Source: an uncultured Candidatus Saccharibacteria bacterium (GTDB lineage Bacteria; Patescibacteriota; Saccharimonadia; Saccharimonadales; Saccharimonadaceae). Taken from it: 64,000 bases of DNA. This document shows positions 39,622 to 50,134 of the stretch, in pieces. The notes beneath the pieces are model-generated. The model ran no database searches, had not been told where the DNA came from, and worked only from the letters and a program-made list of their open reading frames with translations. The translations under genes were made by a program, and so were the position numbers. Each line of letters opens with the position of its first letter. The first letter of the stretch is position 1. The DNA is taken from assembly GCA_963530345.1 (NCBI GenBank), contig CAUSBR010000001.1, positions 104,053 to 168,052 of the forward strand. Reading direction: 5' to 3'.

Positions 39622-40110
39622 ATGACTTTTACTATCGTTCTAGCAATAGTCTTTGGCGTGTTGTTTTTGTTGGCATATATGACGCGCCGGCGATTCGGCG
39701 TATTGACGCTAGCGCTAGCAGCTGGTTCAATCTTGGCTGATTTGTGGAGTAGCGAGGCAACGCCATACGTTGCTAATTTTGGCATCGTTATCATCCGTCC
39801 GCCGTTAGTAGATGTGGTGGCGGTTATATTAACTCTAGCGCCTTCACTGATATTACTATTCAGCGGGCCGGCGGCTAGTAACAAATTTCAGCGAATTGGC
39901 GGGTCAGTGATATTTGCAGTGTTAGCTGTGGTATTAATGTTTGAGCCGCTAGAAAATGCGCTAGTGGTTGATGAGTTCGGCAAGCAAATCGTCAGCCGTA
40001 TTAATGCGTCTTATGCTATTATCGTGACGGTGTGCCTGGTGCTGTCGATAATTGATGTGTTGCAAACTCATGTGCGGCGCAACGAATCAAAAAAGAAGAG
40101 TAAAGAATAA
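39622..40110 (+). CDS. Hypothetical multi-TM membrane protein
   Basis: About five hydrophobic helices; -10 element 6 nt upstream. Confidence 0.65.
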   Translation: MTFTIVLAIVFGVLFLLAYMTRRRFGVLTLALAAGSILADLWSSEATPYVANFGIVIIRPPLVDVVAVILTLAPSLILLFSGPAASNKFQRIGGSVIFAVLAVVLMFEPLENALVVDEFGKQIVSRINASYAIIVTVCLVLSIIDVLQTHVRRNESKKKSKE

Positions 40111-40127
40111 AGACAGCTAAAAAATAA

Positions 40128-40152
40128 AAGACCTTCACGCTGAGGAGGTCTT
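40128..40152. terminator. Bidirectional terminator between the membrane gene and the tRNA
   Basis: AAGACCTTC...GAGGTCTT inverted repeat with A-rich and T-rich flanks. Confidence 0.6.
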
Positions 40153-40165
40153 CTGGCTTTTAAAA

Positions 40166-40242
40166 TGGAGGGCCCAGTGAGGCTTGAACTCACGACACCC
40201 TGCTTAAAAGGCAGGTGCTCTAACCAGCTGAGCTATGGGCCC
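40166..40242 (-). tRNA. tRNA-Lys (anticodon TTT)
   Basis: Reverse complement GGGCCCATAGCTCAGCTGGTTAGAGCA-CCTGC-CTTTTAA-GCAGG...GTTCAAG...GGGCCCTCCA folds as a cloverleaf with encoded CCA. Confidence 0.97.
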
Positions 40243-40301
40243 GAGTGAATCTTACTATACAGTTTGCGGCGAGTCGTGTCAAGCTATGCTACTATCGAAA
40301 T

Positions 40302-41741
40302 ATGAGATGGTTGGGCGAGCGGCTTCATCCAATGTGGCATATTGCCGCTTTATGCTACGGGCTAGTTAGCGGCGTGGTATTGGCGCAATGGTGGAGTGGG
40401 GCTAGCTGGTGGCTAATTATTGTGTCCATTCCGCTGATTAGTTTAGCTTTTTGGCAGCGGCGGCGGATTTTGTTAATTTTAACGCTAGGCGCGGGGCTGT
40501 TGATCGGACTGGTTCGCGGCTCTAGCGATCAAGCGCAGTTACAGTTATATAAACCGTTGTATGGCCAGTCAGTGCGATTAACTGGAATAGTGCGGGATGA
40601 CGCAGATAACGTAGCTGGTAGCACGAGACTGCAAATAACTTATATCAAAATGGGCGAGACGTCTTTGCCTGGCCAAATTTGGTTGTCGCTGCGCGGTAAT
40701 CCAGCAATTAAACGCGGTGATGAACTTGCTTTGCGCGGTGTATTGAAGCCGGGTTTTGGCAATTTCGCGGCAGTATTAGCAAGGGCGAAGCTTGACAGTG
40801 TCAAGCGAACATCTGGCGGCGATCCAGCACTAGGGTTGCGCGATACTTTTGCTGATGGCGTACATAAAGCGATTGGTGACCCAGCGGCTAGTTTAGGCAT
40901 TGGCTTTTTATTGGGTAAGAAAAGTATGCTGCCAGATGATCTACTGGAGGCTTTGAAGATTGCTGGTCTGACCCATATCATTGTAGCGAGCGGTTACAAT
41001 TTAACGATTCTGGTACGTTTGGCGCGGCGGCTATTCGCAAAAATATCAAAATATCTAGCGACGTTGGTTAGCTATAGCTTGGTGCTGGGTTTTATCGCCA
41101 TGACTGGCGCCAGCCCGAGCATGGTGCGCGCTGGGCTTGTTACTGGATTAAGCTTGCTAGCATGGTATGTCGGCCGAAAGTTTCATCCAGTTGTTTTGCT
41201 GGGGCTAGTATCGGCAATAACGGTATTGTGCAATCCGAGTTATGCTTGGGGCGACATGGGTTGGATGCTAAGTTTTGCGGCGTTTGCCGGCGTAATTATT
41301 GTGGCGCCAGTGTTGACGGCTTATTTCTTCTCGACTGATAAAGTCCCAGCTATCATTCAAATTCTGTTAGAAACATTAGCGGCACAGCTGGTAACTGCGC
41401 CGATTATCATGGCAGCTTTTGGGCAGTTGAGTGTAATTTCGTTGTTGGCGAATATCCTGGTTGGTCCGTTTATACCGTTGGCGATGTTGCTAACATCAAT
41501 AGGTGGCGTTAGCGGATTGATCGTTCCAACGATAGCGCACATCATTGGCTGGCCAGCGCAGATGATGCTTGATGCGATGATTGTAGTAGTGAATTGGTGT
41601 GCCGAGCAATCTTGGGCTGCAGTTGAGCTGCAAATACCGTGGTGGATAGCGGTGCTATGGTACGGTTTGATAATTGCGGCAGTGTGGTTCATGAAATGGT
41701 GTAGCGGCTATCGACTGCGCGACGCTTCGATAGTGACATAA
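40302..41741 (+). CDS. comEC: ComEC/Rec2 competence protein without the C-terminal MBL domain
   Basis: GLTHIIVASGYNL, SPSMVRA, GWMLSFAA, and a preceding OB-like region. Confidence 0.9.
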   Translation: MRWLGERLHPMWHIAALCYGLVSGVVLAQWWSGASWWLIIVSIPLISLAFWQRRRILLILTLGAGLLIGLVRGSSDQAQLQLYKPLYGQSVRLTGIVRDDADNVAGSTRLQITYIKMGETSLPGQIWLSLRGNPAIKRGDELALRGVLKPGFGNFAAVLARAKLDSVKRTSGGDPALGLRDTFADGVHKAIGDPAASLGIGFLLGKKSMLPDDLLEALKIAGLTHIIVASGYNLTILVRLARRLFAKISKYLATLVSYSLVLGFIAMTGASPSMVRAGLVTGLSLLAWYVGRKFHPVVLLGLVSAITVLCNPSYAWGDMGWMLSFAAFAGVIIVAPVLTAYFFSTDKVPAIIQILLETLAAQLVTAPIIMAAFGQLSVISLLANILVGPFIPLAMLLTSIGGVSGLIVPTIAHIIGWPAQMMLDAMIVVVNWCAEQSWAAVELQIPWWIAVLWYGLIIAAVWFMKWCSGYRLRDASIVT

Positions 41742-41800
41742 CAGGGCTCATTTGCTATTATATAAGTAAGCATTTATCAATAAACTAACGAGGAGTAGTC

Positions 41801-42526
41801 ATGTCAGGACATAGTAAGTGGGCGACAACACATCGTCAAAAAGCTGTTGTTGATGCTAAACGCGGTGCGATTTTCACTAAAATTGGCAACCAGATCGCTA
41901 TCGCAGCGCGGGCTGGCACTGACCCTACAATGAACTCTAGCCTAGCAATGGCTATCGAAAAAGCTAAGGCGGCAAATATGCCAGCTGCCAATATTCAGCG
42001 GGCGATCGACCGGGTTGCCGACAAAAATTCAGCGGCGCTAGAAGAAATTACTTACGAAGGTTATGGTCCTGGCGGCGTAGGGATTATCATTGAAACAGCC
42101 ACTGATAACCGTAATCGAACTTTGCCAGAGGTGAAATTGGCTTTAACTAAAAACGGCGGTTCAATGGCTGATGCTGGCAGCGTGATGTTTCAATTTGACC
42201 GCAAAGGGGTTATTCGGGTGGCAGCAAGCGGCGAAGAAGCATTGTTGCAAGTACTTGACGCTGGCGCCGAAGATGCCGTTGAGGCTGATGGTAAACTAAT
42301 TGTCTATACTGGCATGAAAGATTTAGCGAGCGTTCGTAAGGCGTTGCTCGATGCAGGTATGACCATCGAGGAAGCCGAGTTGCAATACATTGCCAAAAAT
42401 GACGTGCCTATCAGCGATGCTGAAACCGCTCGCAAAGTAATAAAAATTATTGACGCGCTCGACGATCTTGATGATGTGGTAAACGTTTATACGAATGCCG
42501 ATATTACTGCTGATATTAACGATTAG
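41801..42526 (+). CDS. yebC: YebC/PmpR family protein
   Basis: MSGHSKW, YEGYGPGG, TDNRNRT, LDDVVNVY. Confidence 0.96.
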   Translation: MSGHSKWATTHRQKAVVDAKRGAIFTKIGNQIAIAARAGTDPTMNSSLAMAIEKAKAANMPAANIQRAIDRVADKNSAALEEITYEGYGPGGVGIIIETATDNRNRTLPEVKLALTKNGGSMADAGSVMFQFDRKGVIRVAASGEEALLQVLDAGAEDAVEADGKLIVYTGMKDLASVRKALLDAGMTIEEAELQYIAKNDVPISDAETARKVIKIIDALDDLDDVVNVYTNADITADIND

Positions 42527-42594
42527 TTGACTTTTAAGCTTGCCTTCATGTAGATTATAAGTATACATGGTATTTATAATTGCTAGGAGGCCTG

Positions 42595-44436
42595 ATGCGA
42601 TGTCTAAAACTCGTCATTTTGATAGCAACTATAACTCTTCAGCCAGTATTTTCAGGGTTGGCAGCGGCAGATGCTGTATCGACGGCGGCTGTTTCGCCGG
42701 ATAACACGCTAAGCATTGCAAGCGAAAATAATAGCGAGAATTTACCAACCACTAAACAAGAGGAAAAACTCGGTAAGTTTAACGAGCCGCTAATTAATAA
42801 AGAAAACTCTAATTCACTGCCAGCTGCGAACGATGGGAAGGCACTCCCGCAGCAGGCTGCTGAAAACAAAACCACTGCCAAGCCTGCTGAAATCCCGCCG
42901 TCGGTCCCGTCAAACCCTACTAATACCAACGAAACTGTAGATAAAATAACAACATTGCCGTCACCAGTGTCAGCAGAAAATGATGTTGTAGTCTCGGCGT
43001 TTAAAACTGATCCAAAATACGGCTACACGGCGATAGAACTTTACAATACTAGTGATGAATTCTTCGATTTAGGACAGATGTCGCTAGAACTACGTTACGC
43101 AACAGCGGAAGCTGATTTTGTTTGTAATGCTAAATTGCGAGATTATCTACGGCCGAAAAGTTATTTAACGCTGTACAACCCGAACTTATCGCCTACGGAT
43201 GATACATTGCTTTTAGCGGGCTGTCCAACTCCAAATAGTGATGCTTTGTATGACAAAGAGATAAATGTTTATCAAGCTGGCCAGCTGGTTGAGGCGGTTC
43301 GAATTAACAACACCGATCTCGGCAAATATCAAAATGATATTTGGGAGCGTAAAGGCTGGAGTGCGTCTTATCGAACTGGCATCTTTAAAACTGATTTTCG
43401 TAAACGAGCGACTGGCAATATGATATCAAGTGATTTGTACCGTTTGCCGCCTACACCAACTTTACAGATTCTAGAAATTTTACCGAATCCAGCAGATTGT
43501 GCTACGGCCGACCCGGACCTTGCCTGTCATAGCTACGTCAAGGTTAAAAATGTTGGTCAAAGCCCAATAGACTTATCGCTATACCGCTTGCGTAGCGGTA
43601 ACCAAGCGGTATCAGATTCTACTAATAATCTTTCGAAGTTATCGGGCACGGTTTTGCCGGGTAAAATCTTTGTTATATCGGGGAAGACGCTGCATCTTGA
43701 CAAGGCATCTGGAACAGTGTGGCTGCAAGATACCAATGGGCTAACTACCTATAACAATGACGTGATGCCGTATGAGAAAGCTGATAGTGCTAGCAACAAA
43801 GGACGATCTTGGGCGTATGATGCTAAAACTGCGGCTTGGCGCTGGGCGACGCCGAGTCCAGGTAGCGAGGGTAATGATTTTGCGCCTAAACTTAATTATG
43901 GTAAGGGTAGCCTGAAAGCGTTGTCGACTAAACCAAAAATAAAAATATTGAAACCATGCCGCGATGACCAATATCGCAGTGAAGAGACTGGCCGCTGCCG
44001 CAATATTGTTCAGAACAAGAAAAAAACCGTTGTCTTGAAACCTTGCAAAGAAGGCCAATATCGCAGCGAGGAAACCGGACGTTGTCGTTCAATTGCCAAG
44101 GCGGCTGCAGCGGTTCTGAAACCGTGTAAAGAGGGTCAATTCCGCAACCCAGAAACTGGCCGCTGCAAGAAGATTGCTTCTGTTGACGATTTACCCAAAC
44201 CGTGCAAAGCAGGCTGGGAGCGCAATCCTTCAACTGGCCGCTGCCGCAAAATCAAGAAAGCTAATAATACATTAGCGGCTTATCCAGTGCAGCCAGTAAC
44301 AGTTCAGCAAACTAATCCAGCGGTGTGGTGGACAATTGGCGGACTGGCCTTGGCGGGTGTTAGTTATGGTGTCTGGGAATGGCGCACTGAAATTAAGCGC
44401 GGCTTGAGAAAAGCTATTCGATTTGGCAGGAAGTGA
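42595..44436 (+). CDS. Surface protein with lamin-tail-like domains, four Cys-pair repeats and a C-terminal TM anchor
   Basis: Signal peptide; IELYNTSD and LEILPNP...VKVKNVGQSPIDLSLY lamin-tail-like motifs; KPC..G..R...TGRC x4; TM followed by YGVWEWR. Confidence 0.7.
   Translation: MRCLKLVILIATITLQPVFSGLAAADAVSTAAVSPDNTLSIASENNSENLPTTKQEEKLGKFNEPLINKENSNSLPAANDGKALPQQAAENKTTAKPAEIPPSVPSNPTNTNETVDKITTLPSPVSAENDVVVSAFKTDPKYGYTAIELYNTSDEFFDLGQMSLELRYATAEADFVCNAKLRDYLRPKSYLTLYNPNLSPTDDTLLLAGCPTPNSDALYDKEINVYQAGQLVEAVRINNTDLGKYQNDIWERKGWSASYRTGIFKTDFRKRATGNMISSDLYRLPPTPTLQILEILPNPADCATADPDLACHSYVKVKNVGQSPIDLSLYRLRSGNQAVSDSTNNLSKLSGTVLPGKIFVISGKTLHLDKASGTVWLQDTNGLTTYNNDVMPYEKADSASNKGRSWAYDAKTAAWRWATPSPGSEGNDFAPKLNYGKGSLKALSTKPKIKILKPCRDDQYRSEETGRCRNIVQNKKKTVVLKPCKEGQYRSEETGRCRSIAKAAAAVLKPCKEGQFRNPETGRCKKIASVDDLPKPCKAGWERNPSTGRCRKIKKANNTLAAYPVQPVTVQQTNPAVWWTIGGLALAGVSYGVWEWRTEIKRGLRKAIRFGRK
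43951..44250 (+). repeat. Four intragenic KPCx2Gx2Rx3TGRC repeats
   Basis: KPCRDDQYRSEETGRCR, KPCKEGQYRSEETGRCR, KPCKEGQFRNPETGRCK, KPCKAGWERNPSTGRCR. Confidence 0.9.
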
Positions 44437-44447
44437 TTTATACCAGC

Positions 44448-44927
44448 ATGCGAATCATCGGAATTGACCCTGGTACAGGTATTCTCGGATTTGGCGTAAT
44501 TGATGTCAACGGCGGTAGAATGAGGCTGGTTACGGCTGGAGTGATCACTACGCCAGCACACACGCCATTACCAGATCGCCTTGAAGAGATCTACTCGGGT
44601 TTAACCGATATTATTAAAGAGACGCAGCCGGATGTTATGTCGGTTGAAAAACTGTTTTTTACCAAGAATATTACGACAGCAATCAGTGTCGCCGAGGCGC
44701 GCGGCGTAGCACTATTGACAGGCCGCCAAGCGAAATTGCCAATTCACGAATATACGCCGAATGAAATCAAAAAATCAATCACTGGTTATGGTGCCGCCAA
44801 AAAGCCGCAAATTCAAGAAATGGTGCGTATTCAGCTAGGGTTGCAAGAGGTGCCGAAGCCTGATGATTGCGCTGACGCATTGGCGGCAGCTTTAACGCAT
44901 GCTTTTATGAGTCGTATTGAAGCGTAA
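44448..44927 (+). CDS. ruvC: Holliday junction resolvase RuvC
   Basis: MRIIGIDPG, VEKLFF, PDDCADALA. Confidence 0.95.
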   Translation: MRIIGIDPGTGILGFGVIDVNGGRMRLVTAGVITTPAHTPLPDRLEEIYSGLTDIIKETQPDVMSVEKLFFTKNITTAISVAEARGVALLTGRQAKLPIHEYTPNEIKKSITGYGAAKKPQIQEMVRIQLGLQEVPKPDDCADALAAALTHAFMSRIEA

Positions 44928-44943
44928 GGTGATATAATGGTAA

Positions 44944-47469
44944 GTGATGCAGATACAAAAGCAACCGCCGCGTTTATCGCGCTACGCTAACATAGGTCGT
45001 AAGAAATCTCCAGTTCGTAAAGTTCATCGCCAGCCGACGGGTAAGTTCGGCAAACTGGTCGCTTGGTGGCAAGGATTGTCGCGCAAGCAGAAGGTTGCCG
45101 TTGTTGGCGGTCCTATTCTAGCGATCATGATTATCATACCGGTGGTAACATACATCATGCTGGCTAATGATATCCGCGACGTTGAACGTTTGATGAACCG
45201 TAATAATACTGGAATTGTTCTAAAAGACAGAAATGGTAAGACTTTTTATAGCATTGGTCGGGCCGAGAAACGTAATATCGTGAAACTCGACCAGATATCT
45301 GATCATATGAAGAATGCTTTGTTGGCGAGCGAGGACAAGGATTTTTATAAACATGGCGGATTTAATCTTTTTAGTATCGCTAGGGCGGCAGTGACGCGGC
45401 ATGGCGGCGGCTCGACCATTACTCAGCAATTGGTTAAGAATACCTTGCTAAGCGACGAGCATAGTTTGATGCGTAAATATCAAGAGTTCTTCATGTCGAT
45501 TGCTGTCGAGCAAAACTATTCTAAAGACGAGATTCTCGACATGTATCTCAATTCAGTATATTTTGGTGAAAACGCTTTTGGTATAGAGGATGCGGCTAAG
45601 ACTTATTTTAATAAAACACCAAAAGAACTAACTCTGGCAGAAAGCGCTATGCTGGTTGGCGTATTGCCGGCACCGAGCAGCTACTCGCCGATTAGCGGCA
45701 GTGCTGAATATGCTAAAGAACGGCAAAAAACAGTGCTCAGTCGAATGGTAAAAGAAGGCTACGTCACCGAAGCGCAAAAAACAGAGGCTTTAGCCCAGCA
45801 ATTGGCCTATGCACCGCCGTCAACGCAGAATGATAGCGTGGCGCCGCATTTTGCTGAAATGGTGGTGGCTGAGCTCAGCGATAAATATAGCTCTAAAAAA
45901 GGCGGCTACGAAAAAGATGGTTACGAAAAAGTTATGCGTTCTGGCTATCAAGTCACAACGACGCTAGATATTGATATGCAGAATACCCTCAAAGACAACA
46001 TTAACAAGCAAATGAGGCATATTAACCGAATGGGCGGCTCTAATGCCAGCGGAGTTGTCGTTGATCCAACGACTGGTGAAATTCGAGCTTTGGTTGGTAG
46101 TGCTGATTATAATAATGAAAAATGGGGCAAGGTTAACATGGTAACGACTAGGCGCCAGCCAGGTTCTAGCTTCAAGCCAATTTATTACGCGGCAGCATTG
46201 GCAGACGGCGTAATTACGCCAGCGACTATTTTGCAAGATAAAGTTAAGGATTTCGGCGGCGGCTATGTGCCGCGCGATGCCGATAAAAATGAAGCTAGCC
46301 GCGGCGGTAGTGCTACGGTACGTCAAGCGCTTAACTGGTCGCTTAATATCCCGAGCGTTGAGGTTATGCAAAAATACGGCATTTCTCGTTCAGTAACAGC
46401 TGCTAACAGTATGGGCATTTCCTCTATTAAGAAAGGCGATCACGGCTTATCGTTGGCGCTTGGTTCAGCCGAGGCATCTTTGCAGGATATGGTGCATGCT
46501 TATACTGCTTTCGCTAATGGCGGCAAGCAATATGATATTACTAAAATTACTCAGATTGACGATAAATACGCTAAAACAATCTACAAACACGAGGGCAAGT
46601 CTAAGCAAGTTATTAGCGCTCAGGGGGCTTACCTAATCTCAGATATTCTTAGCGACAGGACAACTCGCGCACGCATCTTTGGTTCGTCAATTACGGTTAA
46701 CGGCAATCATACTGTTGCTGTTAAAACTGGTACTACCAACGACAACCGCGATGCTTGGACGATTGGCTATAATCCGCAATACGTTGTTGGTGTTTGGGTT
46801 GGCAATAATGATAACTCTGCTATGATTAGCGGTGGTAGCGACATGGCTGGGCCGATTTGGAAGAGTACGATGACGTCGCTATTGTCAGGCAAGCCAGATG
46901 TTAAATTCACTCTGCCGAGCGGTATCGTTCAGCGCGCTGTCTGTAAGGACAAGGGCGGCTTGGCGGCGAAAGCCGGTGCTAATACTTATAATGAATACTT
47001 TATGAGCGGCGCTCTGCCGACTGAATCGTGTAATTCCGAGCCAACTAAAGTATCTGTTTGCAACCTCTCTACCGGCAAGGTTGAAACTATCGACGATGAC
47101 AAGTTTGATTCGACGAAATATTCAAAAGATACTGCTAATTGTAAGGCGCCGACGATTACCGTTTGTAACCTCTCTACCGGCAAGGTCGAAACTATCGACG
47201 AAGCTAGCTTTAACTCGACAAAATACTCGAAAGACACTGCTAACTGTAAAAGCACAAATGCTAAAGTGGCAGCTTGTGATCTCAAGACAGGCTCAGTGGT
47301 TATGGTCGATAAAAGTAAAATCGACGGCGTGAACTATAGTAAAGATACTAGCAATTGTGCGGCTGCTGGCGGAAACGATAATAGTGGCGGCAGCTCGGGC
47401 GATTCTGGCGGTAGCAATAATGGCGGCAATAATAGTAATAATCCTGGCGGTAACACCACGTCGCCATAG
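44944..47469 (+). CDS. Class A penicillin-binding protein (PBP1A) with C-terminal Cys-bracketed repeats
   Basis: EDKDFYKH, GGSTITQQLVKN and YLN transglycosylase motifs; SSFK, SLN and KTG transpeptidase motifs. Confidence 0.93.
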   Translation: MMQIQKQPPRLSRYANIGRKKSPVRKVHRQPTGKFGKLVAWWQGLSRKQKVAVVGGPILAIMIIIPVVTYIMLANDIRDVERLMNRNNTGIVLKDRNGKTFYSIGRAEKRNIVKLDQISDHMKNALLASEDKDFYKHGGFNLFSIARAAVTRHGGGSTITQQLVKNTLLSDEHSLMRKYQEFFMSIAVEQNYSKDEILDMYLNSVYFGENAFGIEDAAKTYFNKTPKELTLAESAMLVGVLPAPSSYSPISGSAEYAKERQKTVLSRMVKEGYVTEAQKTEALAQQLAYAPPSTQNDSVAPHFAEMVVAELSDKYSSKKGGYEKDGYEKVMRSGYQVTTTLDIDMQNTLKDNINKQMRHINRMGGSNASGVVVDPTTGEIRALVGSADYNNEKWGKVNMVTTRRQPGSSFKPIYYAAALADGVITPATILQDKVKDFGGGYVPRDADKNEASRGGSATVRQALNWSLNIPSVEVMQKYGISRSVTAANSMGISSIKKGDHGLSLALGSAEASLQDMVHAYTAFANGGKQYDITKITQIDDKYAKTIYKHEGKSKQVISAQGAYLISDILSDRTTRARIFGSSITVNGNHTVAVKTGTTNDNRDAWTIGYNPQYVVGVWVGNNDNSAMISGGSDMAGPIWKSTMTSLLSGKPDVKFTLPSGIVQRAVCKDKGGLAAKAGANTYNEYFMSGALPTESCNSEPTKVSVCNLSTGKVETIDDDKFDSTKYSKDTANCKAPTITVCNLSTGKVETIDEASFNSTKYSKDTANCKSTNAKVAACDLKTGSVVMVDKSKIDGVNYSKDTSNCAAAGGNDNSGGSSGDSGGSNNGGNNSNNPGGNTTSP
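47056..47358 (+). repeat. Three ~35-aa Cys-bracketed repeats in the PBP tail
   Basis: VCNLSTGKVETID...YSKDTANC at a 105-nt period (47056, 47161) and a divergent third copy at 47272. Confidence 0.9.
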
Positions 47470-47475
47470 CTGATT

Positions 47476-48054
47476 ATGATAGCTCATCTTTCTGGTGTAA
47501 TCGCTGAAAAGTTTGGCGCGGGCAGCGTCGTGATTGACGTTCACGGCGTCGGTTACGAAGTTAGCGTGTCGGCTGGTGATTTTGAGGCGGTGGTGCTGAA
47601 TCAAGACGTCAAGTTTTATACCTACCACCATGTGCGCGAGCAGGCGGAAGAACTATTCGGTTTTTCTAGTTTGGCGGCAAAAAAGCTGTTTGAAATGCTG
47701 ATTACTGTTCAGGGTGTCGGTCCGAAGGCGGCGCTAGCGATTCTCAGCCTGGGCGACGCGGAACAGGTGCGCAACGCTATTGCCAACGCTGACAGTGCTT
47801 TTGTGCAAAAAGCTGCTGGTATTGGCAAAAAAACTGCCGAGCGGGTGGTGGTTGATCTGAGCGATAAGGTCGGCTTGCCGACGCATTACGGTCGAGCGGA
47901 CACCCCGGTCCAGACTAAATTGAATACTTCTGACGAAGCTTTAGAAGCGCTGATGGCGCTGGGCTACACTTTGGCTGATGCCACTAAGGCTCTGGAAAAT
48001 GTTGATACTAATCTACCGACGGCGCAGCGGGTGACGATGGCGTTGAAAAGCTGA
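47476..48054 (+). CDS. ruvA: Holliday junction branch migration protein RuvA
   Basis: VHGVGYEV, VQGVGPKAAL, GIGKKTAER, EALMALGY. Confidence 0.96.
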   Translation: MIAHLSGVIAEKFGAGSVVIDVHGVGYEVSVSAGDFEAVVLNQDVKFYTYHHVREQAEELFGFSSLAAKKLFEMLITVQGVGPKAALAILSLGDAEQVRNAIANADSAFVQKAAGIGKKTAERVVVDLSDKVGLPTHYGRADTPVQTKLNTSDEALEALMALGYTLADATKALENVDTNLPTAQRVTMALKS

Positions 48055-48108
48055 TAGACAATGAAGGTATTCGTAAACATTTTGCTTGTGCGATATAATT
48101 AGATAGTC

Positions 48109-49909
48109 ATGGAAGATACAAAATTCTCTCTTAATCAAACGCCAATTAGTACTATTCTGGCCTGGGTAGAAAGCGGTGCAATTGCCATTCCGGAGATCCA
48201 GCGGCCGTTTGTATGGACGAGCACTCAGGTGCGAGATTTGATGGATTCACTATATCAGGGATACCCGGTTGGATATATCATCACCTGGCAAAATCCAGAC
48301 GTAAAACTCAAAGACGGCTCAACTTCGCAGGGCAAGCGAATTTTGATTGACGGACAGCAGCGAATTACGGCATTGAGAGCGGCAATCAGCGGTCTGAATG
48401 TTGTTGATAAGAAATACAAGAAGCGCCGGATTGCTATATCGTTTAATCCTCTAACCGAGGAGTTTCGCACACGTACTAGCTCGACTGAACGAGGCAAGGA
48501 ATGGATTAGTGATATTGCCGAGGTGATGGTCAACGGTTATGATACGCTGACGTTTGTCGACGAATATGTTGCCAGAAACCCAGGAACAACCCGCCAAGAG
48601 ATTAACTCGCGACTGAATCGCCTTATTCAGATCAAAAATAAACAAATTGGCGAAATTCAGCTTAGTCCGTCGCTGGATATAAATATAGTCAATGAAATAT
48701 TTGTGCGGATTAATGCCAGCGGCGTCAATCTCAGTAATGCCGATTTTGCCATGAGCAAGATTGCTGTGTACGAAAAGGACCCGGGCGATGAAATGGGTAT
48801 GAGGTTGCGCAAATTTATTGATTATTTTGCGCATCTATCGGCTGCTCCGGATCAATTCAAAGACATAGCGCAGAATGATACTGAATTCGCTAAAACAGAT
48901 TATTTTGCAAAGATTGCTTGGCTCAAAAATGAGACAGACGATTTGTATGATCCAACATACAATGACATTATCCGAGTTGTTGGATTGACACAGTTTGCCC
49001 GAGGCAAGCTTGGCGATGTGGTGTCGCTACTTTCGGGGCGTAATTTTGAAACGCGGCAAGACGAAAAAGAGATTGCCGACCTGTCATTCCAAAAACTAGA
49101 AAAAGGTCTGTACCAATTTACCAATGAAAACAAATTCAAACAATTTGTACAGAATATTTTGCGCGGCAGCGGCTATGATGAACCAAATATGCTGATTGCG
49201 CGCAATGCGGTTAATTATGCGTACGCGATGTATTTGCGGCTGTTAGACATCGGCGAAAACCATGCTGACGCCAATTCGCTGGTGCGGCGGTTGTTAGCAA
49301 TTTCGCTGATGACGGGTCGGCATTCTGGCGGTTTTGAAACGCAATTTGAACAAGATATCAAACGAATCCAATCTGCTGGTGATATGGCAAAATTTATTGC
49401 AACGCTTGAAGAGCAAGAATTATCAGATGTTTTTTGGAATTCAACTCTGGTGGACGAATTCGATAAGCCGACGACCAATAATCCGTTTTGGCACATGTTT
49501 ATCGCGGCACAGAATAAACTGTTGAAGCAGAGTTTTTTTATCAAAGAACAACATTGCGCGCGATTTAGCAACCGACGATATCCATCATATTTTTCCGAAG
49601 AATTATTTAGTTAAACACGGGTATGATAAATCAAAATATAATCGGATTGCTAATTTTGTGCATCTTCGTAATGATATAAATATCTCAGTTAGCGATTTAG
49701 CGCCGCGCGAATATTTAGGCGATATACTATCCGGAGGGAATAATCACCATAGCGATATCGTTAACGAAGCCGAGATGATAAACAACTTTGAAGACAACGC
49801 TATCCCAAAAATATTATTGCAAGCCGAGGTCGATGATTATGATGAATTCTTGCGGCAGCGGCAAGTGCTAATGGCAGAGATGGTAAGAGAGTACTACAAG
49901 ACTTTGTGA
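48109..49909 (+). pseudogene. DUF262 (GmrSD-like type IV restriction) gene with a +1 frameshift at a T7 tract
   Basis: IPEIQRPFVW, LIDGQQR, IFVRINASG; removing one T at 49533-49539 gives SFLSKNNIARDLATDDIHHIFPKNY...IANF, which continues into ORF 49658..49909. Confidence 0.85.
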
Positions 49910-50005
49910 CGGCACTGAGCTACGTCTTGGAGATTGTCGGAAAATAGAAGAGTGGATGCTAATCTACCGACAACGCAGCGGGCAACTGAGGCGCTGAAAA
50001 TATAG
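49907..50005 (+). repeat. Degenerate duplicate of the ruvA 3' end (47951-48054)
   Basis: gatgctaatctaccgacaacgcagcggg versus gatactaatctaccgacggcgcagcggg; encodes VDANLPTTQRATEALKI* versus VDTNLPTAQRVTMALKS*. Confidence 0.85.
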
Positions 50006-50134
50006 GCTATATAATTGTGATTATACAACCTAGGTTGCAGCAGTACGTCTGTATATTGACTAAATATAAAAAATAAGTTATAATAAATAAGTTGTGAATA
50101 TAGATACATCAGCTAAACTCCTGGATGGTCTTCG

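Noticed and set aside
40166..40242. tRNA-Lys as an integration site
   Set aside because: No duplicated tRNA 3' end or integrase was noticed, and the flanks look like core genes
49658..49909. Independent 83-aa gene
   Set aside because: It is the out-of-frame C-terminus of the DUF262 gene
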